A stretch of 63,608 nucleotides of DNA, counting the filler. It is 4 parts of 4 records of this genome, joined end to end, with 100 filler letters (N's around TTAATTAATTAA, not from the genome) between each part and the next. Parts side by side here need not be neighbours in the genome. Positions count along the whole stretch, not along the records: positions 1 to 21,259 come from SRR31156797_15796; 3 more parts are not named here. One strand, given 5' to 3'. Made by a program: the position numbers and the translations under genes. Below the pieces are notes generated by a model. It was given only the letters and a program-made list of their open reading frames with translations, searched no databases and was not told where the DNA came from. Positions 8,375-17,713 of this stretch are shown in pieces; within the stretch, counting starts at the first letter, position 1, and each line of letters begins with the position of its first letter.

Positions 8375-11116
8375 TCAATCCTTTCCGTTCTTGGTAAAGC
8401 GGCCCATCAGCTTCAGGATGGGCGGCAACGCAAGCAGACACGCCAGCATGCCCATCAGAGACCCCAGCACCATGATGGCGCCCAAGCTGGCCATGCCCCG
8501 GTGGTGTGCAAATAAAAGCCCGCCGAAACCGATCATGGTTGTGGTAAAACTGAGCGCCACGGCGGTGGGGGTTCCCGTATAAAAGAGCCCGCCAACCCCC
8601 GACTGGGCGGGGCGATCCGCGAGAATGGGCTCGATTTCCCGCCATCTGGCCAGGAAATGCACCCCCCCGTCCACTCCGATGGCGATGAGGATGGGGATGG
8701 CAAAAAAATTGGCCAGATTAAAATGAAGTCCCAGCCATCCCATCAACTCCAGCAGCCATAACATACTTATGCCCAAAGGTAAAATGGTAAGCATCACATA
8801 TCGGAATGAACGGGCATAAACCCATAATATCACCGATACCAGCAGAATGGTCAGTGCCGCTGCATGGAGAAAGGTGCGGTGCATCAACCTCGCCGATTCA
8901 TACACCCCCACGGGCACCCCGCTCACATGGGGATCCACTTTTCGCAAATCGGTCAGGAAATGCCCCAGTGCATCGAAATCCCATATATCTCCCTTGGGAC
9001 TGACTTTTATCTGGTAGCTCCCATCCTTGCCCACATAGAGATCCTTGAGGCCGGGGGGAAGATTCTTGGGTGTTACCGATTTGGCCCCGAGCCATCGTTT
9101 CAATTGTTCGAGGGATGTGATGATATCCCGACCCAGTGCCGACTCCAGACCCTTGAGGCGGCTGATCCGACCCGGATATTGCTCAAGTTGCATAATGGCG
9201 GAATCCACGGCTTCCATATTTTTTTCCACCAGGGAAAGTTCTTCTTTCGCCCCGGCGACAAACAGCTTTTCCGCCAGGTTTTCCAGGGATTCGGACACAT
9301 GTAGAAGCGCTGCAATAAATTGTTTGTTGTTGAGGGGATGCTTTCGGGGAAAGTGGTCCGGGATATTGAGGAGGGCCCTGGCCGCCTTTCGGTATTCTGC
9401 TGATTTTTGTTCCTGTTGGTCCGGGATAAAATCGAGGACACTTTCCACCCGGCCTACGGAGGGGATGGCCATGAGCTTCTTCGTCAACCCTTTGACCTGT
9501 TCCAGGGTCGCGGCCGAAATGATGGCATACCAGGTGGATTCGTCGGCGGTTTCAACCATAATCCTTTCATATTCCACGGATTCCAGCCCTCGGGCCTGAA
9601 GTTCCAGCAGATTGTAGTTGAAGCGTACCTTGAAAAGCCCGGGGAGGGCCAGAAGGGTGATGGCCAGCAGAAAACCCAGCACCGCTTTCGGGTGTTTAAA
9701 AAACCTCTCCAGCAACGGCATGGCCGTGATCCTGGGCATTGAAGAAGGGAAAAGTTTCTTTTTTCCCGCTTGCAGCAGCATGGCGGGAAGCACAACCATC
9801 ATGGATATCAGGCAAAAAAGTACGCCGGTACCGCCGATGAGCCCCAGTTGCGCCAGCCCGATGAAATCGGACCCCAAGACCGAATAGAAGGCACAGACCG
9901 ATGTAACGGCGCCCAGGATTACACCGGGGCCGGTTCTAAGCAAAGCGACCCGAACGCTGTCCTCCACCCCAAGCCCTTTACCGTGTGCTTCCACATAGCG
10001 CATGACCACGTGAATGCCGAAATCCACACCGATACCCACCAGCACCAGGGCAAAAATCACGGACAGCAGATTCAATTCCCCCACGGTGATGGTGGCAAAC
10101 CCGAAACTCCAGGCCATGGCCATGGCCAGTGAAAGGAGCACCAGGAAGGGCCTTAGCCATCCATGAAGGACAATCATGAATAATATTCCCACAAACAGCA
10201 CCGCGATGATTGCCGCCCGCGTCATGTCCCGGTCCGTGGTCTCCATCTCGTCCGCCTGAAGGGCGGGCCTTCCGGTGAGCCCCACCGCCAGTCCGGGAAA
10301 TTCCGCGCGGGTGGTTTCAAGGGCCTGGCGCACCGCCGCCAGCGGTTTGCCGACCACGTCCAAGGCGCTGAAATCCTTGATGGGGAGGATACGCATGACC
10401 AGCAGTCGGCCGGAAGCGGTGAAAAAATACTCGCCGCGACCCTGATTGAGATCAAACAGAGTATAATCGCTCTCCTTTCCCGACAACGCGTCATTCACGT
10501 TATCCAGGAGGTTTCCAAGGAGTCCGAGGGCCTGCACCAGCATCGCCGGGTCCATATCAACGGCCGACCCCTGCCCTCGGTTCTCCGTCCCCTCTCCTCC
10601 GAGGAACCCGGCCACCATCTCAAAAAAACCGGCCAGGGGTCCGCCGTCCCGAACCCATCGGTCAATGAAAGGCGCCAGGAAAAAGAGGGTTCCGGAGAGG
10701 ATTTTTGCTTCTTCAGGGGAGGCGAAAAGCAACGCGCCGTCCCCCAGATCCCGTGGGGAAATACGGTAGTAGACCGCTTGAATAAGGTCCGTGTGGTCAG
10801 CAAGACGGACATTGAGGCTTTCGGCGAACTCAGTGGCCCTTTTTTTTTCCTCCTCGGTCCCGTTTGTCTGAATGACCACAAAGAGATATTCCTGGTCTCC
10901 AAAATTTTCCAGGTGTTCCAGATATCTTTTTTGAAAGGGGACTGATGGCGACACCAGGGAGTCCTGGTTGCTGTTCAGGTGCAGAAAAAAGACGGAAACC
11001 AGGGTGGAAATAAGTGCCAGTGCCAGTCCTGAAACAATGAGTCCGCCGGGATGATGGCGGACCAGGCGCCAAAGCGCGTTCAGAACATACTCCCGTTTTT
11101 TGGAGGGGTGCTTCAT
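8375..11116 (-). CDS. hpnN: MMPL/RND-family hopanoid transporter HpnN
   Basis: Two MMPL transmembrane repeats ('VGLTGRPALQADE', 'GELNLLSVIFALVLVGIGVDFGIH', 'FNLANFFAIPILIAIGVDGGVHF') and 'RFNYNLLELQARGLESV'. The ATG at 11116 overlaps the hpnO stop (ATGA). Flanked by hpnO and hpnH. Confidence 0.85.
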   Translation of the reverse strand: MKHPSKKREYVLNALWRLVRHHPGGLIVSGLALALISTLVSVFFLHLNSNQDSLVSPSVPFQKRYLEHLENFGDQEYLFVVIQTNGTEEEKKRATEFAESLNVRLADHTDLIQAVYYRISPRDLGDGALLFASPEEAKILSGTLFFLAPFIDRWVRDGGPLAGFFEMVAGFLGGEGTENRGQGSAVDMDPAMLVQALGLLGNLLDNVNDALSGKESDYTLFDLNQGRGEYFFTASGRLLVMRILPIKDFSALDVVGKPLAAVRQALETTRAEFPGLAVGLTGRPALQADEMETTDRDMTRAAIIAVLFVGILFMIVLHGWLRPFLVLLSLAMAMAWSFGFATITVGELNLLSVIFALVLVGIGVDFGIHVVMRYVEAHGKGLGVEDSVRVALLRTGPGVILGAVTSVCAFYSVLGSDFIGLAQLGLIGGTGVLFCLISMMVVLPAMLLQAGKKKLFPSSMPRITAMPLLERFFKHPKAVLGFLLAITLLALPGLFKVRFNYNLLELQARGLESVEYERIMVETADESTWYAIISAATLEQVKGLTKKLMAIPSVGRVESVLDFIPDQQEQKSAEYRKAARALLNIPDHFPRKHPLNNKQFIAALLHVSESLENLAEKLFVAGAKEELSLVEKNMEAVDSAIMQLEQYPGRISRLKGLESALGRDIITSLEQLKRWLGAKSVTPKNLPPGLKDLYVGKDGSYQIKVSPKGDIWDFDALGHFLTDLRKVDPHVSGVPVGVYESARLMHRTFLHAAALTILLVSVILWVYARSFRYVMLTILPLGISMLWLLELMGWLGLHFNLANFFAIPILIAIGVDGGVHFLARWREIEPILADRPAQSGVGGLFYTGTPTAVALSFTTTMIGFGGLLFAHHRGMASLGAIMVLGSLMGMLACLLALPPILKLMGRFTKNGKD

Positions 11117-12489
11117 GCTGTTCTGGCCGTTCTCAGTCCCAGGTTTTTGACCGTTGTCCATGCGGATCCGGGAAATTTGTGCGCATCCTTCAAAACGTCA
11201 TCCAGGGCTTTCAGGAAATGATCTGCCTCGGACTGGTCCATCACCAGAGGCGGAAGAATTTTCACCGTATCCAGACCATGCCCGGCTACCTGGGTCAGGA
11301 TGTGGTGCTTCTCCAACAGGGGCATGGTAATCATCTGGCAAAACAGATCCACGTTCATTTTGTGAAGCAGCTTCCATCCCGTCTTCAGGGACAGGGAGGC
11401 CGGCTTTCCGAATTGAATGCCGATCATGAGCCCTTTTGCGCGAATGGTATGAATTAATTCATACCTTTCAGCCAGTTCACGGAGCCCTTTTTCAAGATAG
11501 GCGCCCATACGGGCTGACTGTTGAACCAGGTTTTCCTGTTCAATGACGTGCAACGCGGCAAGGCCCGCTGCCATGGCCAGATCATTCTGGCCAAAGGTAT
11601 TGGAATGGGCAAAACACCGTTCCATGCTGTCAAAAACTCTTCCATGGATGTTACGCCGCGTGATGACGGCACCCACGGGGACGTATCCGCCGGAAAGGGA
11701 TTTGGAGATAACCAGCAGATCGGGAACCACATCCCAGTGGTTCACGGCGAACATGCGGCCCGTTCGACCCAGGCCCGTTTGAACCTCGTCCGCGATCAGC
11801 AATGCGCCATACCGGTCGCAAAGTCTTCTTGCGCCCGGAAGGTATTCCGGATCCGGTATAAACACCCCTTTCCCCTGAATGGGCTCCACGATAAAAGCAG
11901 CCGCATCCCCCTTGGAAAGGGCCATCGCGAGGGCATCCAGATCATTAAAGGGAACGGGTATACAGTTGGGCAGAAGCGGTTCATTGCGTCCCCGGAATTC
12001 CTCGTTTCCGTTTACCGAAAGGGCGCCCAGGGTCAGTCCGTGAAAGGCCCGGTCACAGTAGATGATTTTGGTTTTTCCGGTGGCCTGACGTGCCATCTTG
12101 AGGGCCCCTTCCACCCCTTCGGTTCCCGAATTGGTGAAAAAGACCGCCTCCAGATCCCCCGGTGCCAGATCGGCCAGTGCCTCGGCCAGAAGGCCGGCGA
12201 GAATCCCCACATCCATCTGAACCATACTGGCCGGGGCCATATCGATGACATCTTTTAAGACCCGGGCAACCAGAGGATGATTTCGTCCGATGTTGAAAAC
12301 ACCGAATCCGGCCAGGAAGTCAAGCACCTCCCGGCCCTGCTCATCCATGAGGCGGCTTCCGCCGGCCCGGGTATAATTTCGATTGTAACCGATCACCTCC
12401 AGCACCCGTACCAACTGGGGGTTCACATGGCGGCGATGCAGCGTATACGTCTCACTGAGACGATTTTTTATAAGGGATGCAATATCCAT
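11113..12489 (-). CDS. hpnO: Class-III PLP aminotransferase HpnO (aminobacteriohopanetriol synthase)
   Basis: 'HVNPQLVRVL..IGY', 'DFLAGFGVFNIGRNHP', 'AAFIVEPIQGKGV', 'ADEVQTGLGRTG', 'SKSLSGGYVPVGAV', 'LFCQMIT.PL..KH.IL.QVAGH'; hopanoid context. Confidence 0.88.
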   Translation of the reverse strand: MDIASLIKNRLSETYTLHRRHVNPQLVRVLEVIGYNRNYTRAGGSRLMDEQGREVLDFLAGFGVFNIGRNHPLVARVLKDVIDMAPASMVQMDVGILAGLLAEALADLAPGDLEAVFFTNSGTEGVEGALKMARQATGKTKIIYCDRAFHGLTLGALSVNGNEEFRGRNEPLLPNCIPVPFNDLDALAMALSKGDAAAFIVEPIQGKGVFIPDPEYLPGARRLCDRYGALLIADEVQTGLGRTGRMFAVNHWDVVPDLLVISKSLSGGYVPVGAVITRRNIHGRVFDSMERCFAHSNTFGQNDLAMAAGLAALHVIEQENLVQQSARMGAYLEKGLRELAERYELIHTIRAKGLMIGIQFGKPASLSLKTGWKLLHKMNVDLFCQMITMPLLEKHHILTQVAGHGLDTVKILPPLVMDQSEADHFLKALDDVLKDAHKFPGSAWTTVKNLGLRTARTA

Positions 12490-12565
12490 CAAGTTAACAG
12501 ATCCGCACGGCGAAATCCTAAAGGAAAACCCCGGCGGTAAAGTTCCTCTCTATTTTTTTGGGGAA

Positions 12566-12594
12566 AGTGTAGGAAAAGCAGCTGTCCGTGTCAA
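12566..12594 (-). promoter_or_regulatory. Putative sigma70 promoter of the hpnO operon
   Basis: Minus strand TTGACA-17 bp-TACACT, about 75 bp upstream of hpnO. Confidence 0.7.
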
Positions 12595-12662
12595 GTCCAT
12601 CCCCCCGTTTCAGGCATATTGAAAAAAGAATAAATGGGTCAACGTGGTTGCTTGAACGAGTC

Positions 12663-15044
12663 CTAAGGGTTCGGCGGAAGATTATGGAGACCTTCCGCGG
12701 ACCGGATATGCAGGTCCAGCTGTGGAAAGGATATTTCAATATTGTTTTCCCTGAAAATGCGATCGATGTGGTAACGTACCTCTGAATCGGCGTACCGGTC
12801 GGCCCAGCCCTTTATCCATACCCTCAAGGAAAAAACCAGGGTGCTGTCCCCGAAGTCAAGGAATCTGACTCTCGGCGGGGGACGGTCCAGCACCTTGCCA
12901 CTCTCTTTGGCGGCGGTAAGGAGCAATTCCGTCACCTTTTCCACATCGGATCCGTAGGCCACGCCGATTTTAATTTCCTGGCGATAGCGCCGGTCCGCGT
13001 GGCTCCAGTTGATCATTTTCTGGGATATGAGGAGGGAGTTGGGGACAAAAATAGTGGCCCCTGAAAACGCTTTTACCAGGGTATTGCGAATGGTCACTTT
13101 TCGAACATGCCCCCTGATGTTGTCGATCTCCACCAGGTCACCCGGCTGGATGCTTCTGCCGAACAGGAGGATCAATCCTCCGATGAAATTGTTTACGATG
13201 TTTTGCAATCCGAACCCAAGCCCCACGGAAAGGCCCCCGGCGATGACGGCCAGGTTTCTGAAGGAGAGGCCCAGAAGACCCAAGGTGGTCAGGGCGAACA
13301 GGGACCAGAGCACGTAGGTAACAATGGTATCCAGGGATTGCACCGAACCCGAGTCCAGATCCCGGTGGCGTTCCGGCAGTTTGGCCAGGGACGAACGTGC
13401 CAGGGCGATGCCGGCGCGGACCGCGAACATGAGCGAAAAAATGCAGAAGACGCGATAGATACTGAATGTGAATTGATCCCAACCCACACGGTAGCGGATG
13501 ACTTCCATGAAAAGCGATCCACCCCCCACAAAGATGAAAATCCAGGCAAAACTGGACAAGAGCAGGGTGAGAAAAATGAGTGGAAACCCCAGAGCCCCTG
13601 CCGGTTCGGCGGCATGAGAATCCGAAGCCTTTCTTCTGCGTTGCCAGCGGGATCCGATCCGTCCCAGTCCGGCGCTGAAAACCCTTGCCAGGCGAATATT
13701 CAATGATAACAGCAGCACCAGCATCCCCAGAAGAACCGACAGATAACCCCAGCCCAGAAGCGCCAGAAGCGCCAGCAGGGGCATGGCGCCAATCAGAAAG
13801 CCCCTGGATAGTTTGGCCCAACCTTGTTTTACGGTTTTGTCCCGGACATACCCCCCCAACAGGATCAGAAGCCAGAACGACCATACGGGAATGAAGGTTT
13901 CTTCAGGGATATGAAGGGATTCCAGCAAGATACAGGTGGATACGGCGGCCCACAACAGGACCAGGCGGTGGGGTTGGGAAACCGGGTCGGCGAAAAAATG
14001 ATGCCGTAGATTCCGGGAAAGGGAGATCAGGCCATAGACCAGAATGACCGTCACAACCGTTGAAAAAAATGCCGAGGGGAACAGCCCGGTGGAAGAAACC
14101 CCCAGTAGAATTCCTGTGCTGACGGCGAAACACAGAAGGAACGGAAATAACCGAATACGGTTCAGGCTTTCGAACCGCGCTCCCATCCGTTTCCTTAAAA
14201 ACAGGGACAGACCCAGGAATAGGAGGGAAAAGAGTGCCATTTTGGATATGAACACGGCCCATCCCATCCCCTTCAGACTGATGGGTTCCAGTAGATAAAT
14301 ACCGAAACGGGATGCCCATTTTCGAGCGGCATCCACTCCCGATAACCAGGCCCGGGCCGAAAAGAAACCGAGGGTTCGCCTCAATAAATGGGCTTTAAGG
14401 ACTTGATTGGATTCGTGCTCAATTTGAGCCTGGTCTTTTTTCAGAAGGAGAATGAAGGCGTCAGCGGCATCCATGCCTTTGGTCAGCTTGAGACTGAGGG
14501 GTTGAAGTTTGGCTTGGAGGGAGTTCAGATCCTTTAAATAGGCCTTTACCTTTAGCTGCATTTGAGATCCCAGTTCTTGAATGGGATTCCCTTCCTGCTT
14601 GAATTTGTGTGACAGGTCCGTCAAGTTCTCCATCTGTCTGGCGATGGCGGCTTTTTCCTGTTTAAAGGGTAGAATGAGCCGGTCGGTTTCACGTTCAAAC
14701 CAACCCAGGACACCCAAAATATCCCGCAACACAAGGGGGTTTCCGGATCGAAGGTTGAAGTAGAGCATGAGCTTTTCAAATCTGGATCTCAACAGGTAGA
14801 GGTGTTTCTGAAGGTTTGACAATCGATCCGGCAGCTTTGAAATGAGTTGGTCAACGGATTTGGAGGTTTCAACCAGTTCCTGGTGTTGCCGTTTCAGCAA
14901 CTCACCCCAACTGTCGGGTTCACCGGCCGCGGGACCACAGGCGCAAAGAGAAATCACCATCAGAATCGATATGATGAAACAAAAATATGCATACGCTTGA
15001 TTTAGAAGGATTTTTGGGACCGGTCCGGGTTTACGAAAAATCAT
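12663..15044 (-). CDS. Large MscS/MscK-family mechanosensitive channel
   Basis: C-terminal MscS core 'IAGGLSVGLGFGLQNIVNNFIGGLILLFGRSIQPGD', 'IFVPNS', 'IGVAYGSD', 'IEISFPQLDLH'; N-terminal coiled coil and several TM helices. Start uncertain. Confidence 0.9.
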   Translation of the reverse strand: MIFRKPGPVPKILLNQAYAYFCFIISILMVISLCACGPAAGEPDSWGELLKRQHQELVETSKSVDQLISKLPDRLSNLQKHLYLLRSRFEKLMLYFNLRSGNPLVLRDILGVLGWFERETDRLILPFKQEKAAIARQMENLTDLSHKFKQEGNPIQELGSQMQLKVKAYLKDLNSLQAKLQPLSLKLTKGMDAADAFILLLKKDQAQIEHESNQVLKAHLLRRTLGFFSARAWLSGVDAARKWASRFGIYLLEPISLKGMGWAVFISKMALFSLLFLGLSLFLRKRMGARFESLNRIRLFPFLLCFAVSTGILLGVSSTGLFPSAFFSTVVTVILVYGLISLSRNLRHHFFADPVSQPHRLVLLWAAVSTCILLESLHIPEETFIPVWSFWLLILLGGYVRDKTVKQGWAKLSRGFLIGAMPLLALLALLGWGYLSVLLGMLVLLLSLNIRLARVFSAGLGRIGSRWQRRRKASDSHAAEPAGALGFPLIFLTLLLSSFAWIFIFVGGGSLFMEVIRYRVGWDQFTFSIYRVFCIFSLMFAVRAGIALARSSLAKLPERHRDLDSGSVQSLDTIVTYVLWSLFALTTLGLLGLSFRNLAVIAGGLSVGLGFGLQNIVNNFIGGLILLFGRSIQPGDLVEIDNIRGHVRKVTIRNTLVKAFSGATIFVPNSLLISQKMINWSHADRRYRQEIKIGVAYGSDVEKVTELLLTAAKESGKVLDRPPPRVRFLDFGDSTLVFSLRVWIKGWADRYADSEVRYHIDRIFRENNIEISFPQLDLHIRSAEGLHNLPPNP

Positions 15045-15354
15045 GGAGATTCTCCCGTGGCCATTTTTTCCGTTCCGGTTTCTTTGTTTGCGCGCAGCAT
15101 ATGCAGGCCCTGATTTTCATCGCAATTTCATCTTACGATCCATACTATCCATCATCAAGACTTTTGGTCAATTCATTTTTCCAACGGGAGTGCCTCCTTT
15201 GAACCGTTATACGTTTTGGTTTTTTCAGGCAACCGTCGCCGTTTTTTTAGGGCTTTGGACCCCGGCCACAGCTGCTAAGACCGATCAGACACATCTGAGC
15301 AAAATCGTCAAAACCAAACCAAACAATCTGCTCTTGGTGGGTAAAATCAATTAA

Positions 15355-15432
15355 AGTGGACAAGGAGTGGACAAAAACACCCCCAAACAAAAAAAGCACT
15401 CACAGCGTTTAGCTGTAAGTGCTTGATTTTGC
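15355..15432. mobile_element. Putative integration-site remnant next to the tRNA-Lys 3' end
   Basis: Direct repeats AGTGGACAA (15355-15363, 15366-15374), inverted repeat AAGCACTCACAGC..GCTGTAAGTGCTT, and an IHF consensus AATCAAGCACTTA (minus strand, 15416-15428). No integrase in this contig. Confidence 0.45.
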
Positions 15433-15508
15433 TGGTGGGCCTGGAAGGGCTCGAACCTTCGGCCAATTGATTAAGAGTCAACTGCTCTGCCAGCTGAGCT
15501 ACAGGCCC
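15433..15508 (-). tRNA. tRNA-Lys (CTT)
   Basis: GGGCCTGTAGCTCAGCTGGCAGAGCAGTTGACTCTTAATCAATTGGCCGAAGGTTCGAGCCCTTCCAGGCCCACCA; 76 nt, CCA end. Confidence 0.97.
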
Positions 15509-15525
15509 ATATCTTAATTCTTTCC

Positions 15526-15602
<77 letters not shown>

Positions 15603-15667
15603 CAAAAGAAAGACATTGTCTATCAGGAATTCCAAACCATGTCAACAAATTTATTTCGAAAAATACC

Positions 15668-15696
15668 TTGACATATATGGTAAGTTGACCTAAAAG
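15668..15696 (+). promoter_or_regulatory. Putative sigma70 promoter of rplM-rpsI
   Basis: TTGACA-17 bp-TAAAAG upstream of rplM. Confidence 0.5.
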
Positions 15697-15731
15697 GATC
15701 TTTTCGTATTTTGTTGAACAGGATAAATGAA

Positions 15732-16160
15732 ATGAAAACATTTGTTGCCAAAGAACGGGAAGTCGATAGGAAATGGTACCTGGTTGATGCTGAAGACAAA
15801 ATCCTGGGGAGACTTGCCACGCAGATCGCCATGAGATTGAGGGGGAAACATAAGCCCATCTTTACGCCCCATGCAGATACCGGAGACTTTATTGTCGTCG
15901 TCAATGCTGAAAAGGTTGCCCTTTCCGGCAAGAAATGGGACAAGAAGATCTATTATCGACACAGTGGTTATATTGGTGGTTTAAAAGAGATTTCCGCACG
16001 GAAATTGCTGGAGAAGAAGCCGGAGGATGTTTTGCGGTTAGCGGTTAGAGGCATGCTCCCTAAAAACAGCCTGGGAAGACGTCAGCTGAAAAAATTGAAA
16101 ATCTATGTCGGCCCTGAAAATCCACATGCGGCACAACAATTGGAGGCTTTGGAGATATAA
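15732..16160 (+). CDS. rplM: 50S ribosomal protein L13
   Basis: '[50 protein letters not shown]'. Confidence 0.99.
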   Translation: MKTFVAKEREVDRKWYLVDAEDKILGRLATQIAMRLRGKHKPIFTPHADTGDFIVVVNAEKVALSGKKWDKKIYYRHSGYIGGLKEISARKLLEKKPEDVLRLAVRGMLPKNSLGRRQLKKLKIYVGPENPHAAQQLEALEI

Positions 16161-16553
16161 ATGGCAGAGGGACTATTTCACGCCACTGGGAAAAGAAAGA
16201 CGGCTGTTGCGCGGGTCTGGATGAAATCCGGCACCGGTGAGATAACCATAAACAAGCGGCCCATGAAGATGTATCTGTGCAGGGACGCGGATCGAAACGC
16301 CGTCCTGGAGCCCCTTGAACTGGTCAGCCAGGGAGATAAATTTGATTTTTACATTAATGTCAGGGGTGGTGGAATCGCGGGTCAGGCCGGGGCCATTCGG
16401 CATGGTATCAGTCGGGCGCTTGTGGATCTTGATCCTGCATTAAGGGACCCTCTCAAGAAGGCCGGGTTTTTGACCAGGGATTCCAGAATGAAAGAACGGA
16501 AAAAATACGGACAACCGGGTGCAAGGGCGCGGTTCCAGTATTCAAAGCGTTAA
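16161..16553 (+). CDS. rpsI: 30S ribosomal protein S9
   Basis: '[12 protein letters not shown]', '[19 protein letters not shown]', '[20 protein letters not shown]'. Confidence 0.99.
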   Translation: MAEGLFHATGKRKTAVARVWMKSGTGEITINKRPMKMYLCRDADRNAVLEPLELVSQGDKFDFYINVRGGGIAGQAGAIRHGISRALVDLDPALRDPLKKAGFLTRDSRMKERKKYGQPGARARFQYSKR

Positions 16554-16577
16554 TATCAAGTCCGTATTCAGTTTGTC

Positions 16578-16612
16578 AAAAAAAGGAATCTGTCTCAGGT
16601 TCCTTTTTTTTT
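16578..16612 (+). terminator. Intrinsic terminator, possibly bidirectional
   Basis: AAAAAAAGGAATCTG-TCT-CAGGTTCCTTTTTTTTT hairpin with A and T tracts after rpsI. Confidence 0.75.
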
Positions 16613-16620
16613 GAGAAAAA

Positions 16621-17364
16621 ATGGTGTTGAGAAATATCAGGCTTGTGGTTGCCTACGACGGTACCCGATATCATGGCTGGCAGCGGCAGAAAAACGGGTT
16701 GACCGTTCAGGCGGTGATCGAGCAAAGCCTGCAGGTTATGACGGAAATGCCCGTCAAGCTTCTGGCCTCGGGGAGAACGGATGCAGGTGTTCATGCGGTA
16801 AACCAGGTCTGTAATTTCGAGACCCGTTCCCAAATCCCCAGTGATGCCCTGAAACGGGGACTCAATGCCCTCCTTCCCCCCGATATCCTGGTTAAGGATG
16901 CAACTGATGTTTCTTTGAAATTTCACTCCAGGTACAGGGCTAAAAGCAAAACCTATGAATACCGGATTCTGAACAGGCAAGATCCGGATATCTTCCGCCG
17001 CAGTGCCTTGTGGCATATCAGGTTCCCTCTTGATGTGGAAAAAATATCTGAGTGTCTCTCCTTTCTCAAAGGAACCCATGACTTTTCCGCCTTTAAGTCT
17101 TCGGGAAGCGCCAATACCGATCCGGTAAGAACCATCCTGTCCGCCTGTATTGAGGGGGACGAAGATGGGGTTTTGCGCATTGTCATGGAGGGGAATGGCT
17201 TTTTGCGGCACATGGTTCGAAACATTGTGGGGACTCTGGTGGAGGTGGGGCGGGGTCGAATGGACATAAAAGATTTTGCGGACGTCCTGAAATCGGGGGA
17301 TCGACGGTTGGCCGGCCGGAAAGCGCCGCCCCAAGGGTTATTCCTCATGGCAGTGACGTATTAG
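16621..17364 (+). CDS. truA: tRNA pseudouridine(38-40) synthase
   Basis: 'AYDGTRYHGWQRQ', 'SGRTDAGVHA', 'GTHDFSAF', 'GNGFLRHMVRNIVGTL', 'APPQGLFL'. Confidence 0.97.
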   Translation: MVLRNIRLVVAYDGTRYHGWQRQKNGLTVQAVIEQSLQVMTEMPVKLLASGRTDAGVHAVNQVCNFETRSQIPSDALKRGLNALLPPDILVKDATDVSLKFHSRYRAKSKTYEYRILNRQDPDIFRRSALWHIRFPLDVEKISECLSFLKGTHDFSAFKSSGSANTDPVRTILSACIEGDEDGVLRIVMEGNGFLRHMVRNIVGTLVEVGRGRMDIKDFADVLKSGDRRLAGRKAPPQGLFLMAVTY

Positions 17365-17522
17365 CCTTCTGTATTTTTCACCTCTTTCATTGAATGGCTG
17401 ACGGTTTCGTGAATATCTCGCCAGACTTCCTGAAAGGAACTCACGCTCAGCCGTCCCGCCTCAATAAATTTGACCACGATTTCTTTGGTTACCTTGATCG
17501 CCAGTTCGTTTTCTTTTTTCAT
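17361..17522 (-). CDS. Small hypothetical protein (53 aa)
   Basis: MKKENELAIKVTKEIVVKFIEAGRLSVSSFQEVWRDIHETV. GGAG RBS upstream. 'KEIVVKFIE.GR' resembles a small protein I recall from anaerobes. Confidence 0.7.
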   Translation of the reverse strand: MKKENELAIKVTKEIVVKFIEAGRLSVSSFQEVWRDIHETVSHSMKEVKNTEG

Positions 17523-17713
17523 GTAGGTTCTCCGGTTCCAGGCCCTCAATAAACCTGTCTTGGTGGTAACTATTCTGACAAAGGGGTGTTTTTTGGAGCC
17601 CCGCTGAACAGAAGAAGGCCATCAATATGATTCAGCGGGGATCCCGGTGAAAAAAGAACCCATAAAGCCCTTCTCGACACCAGGTACTTGTTTAGCACCA
17701 GACGACGGAAAAA

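Noticed and set aside
15043-15354. 103-aa ORF between mscS and the tRNAs
   Set aside because: No recognisable motifs or RBS, and no similarity to an integrase that I can see.
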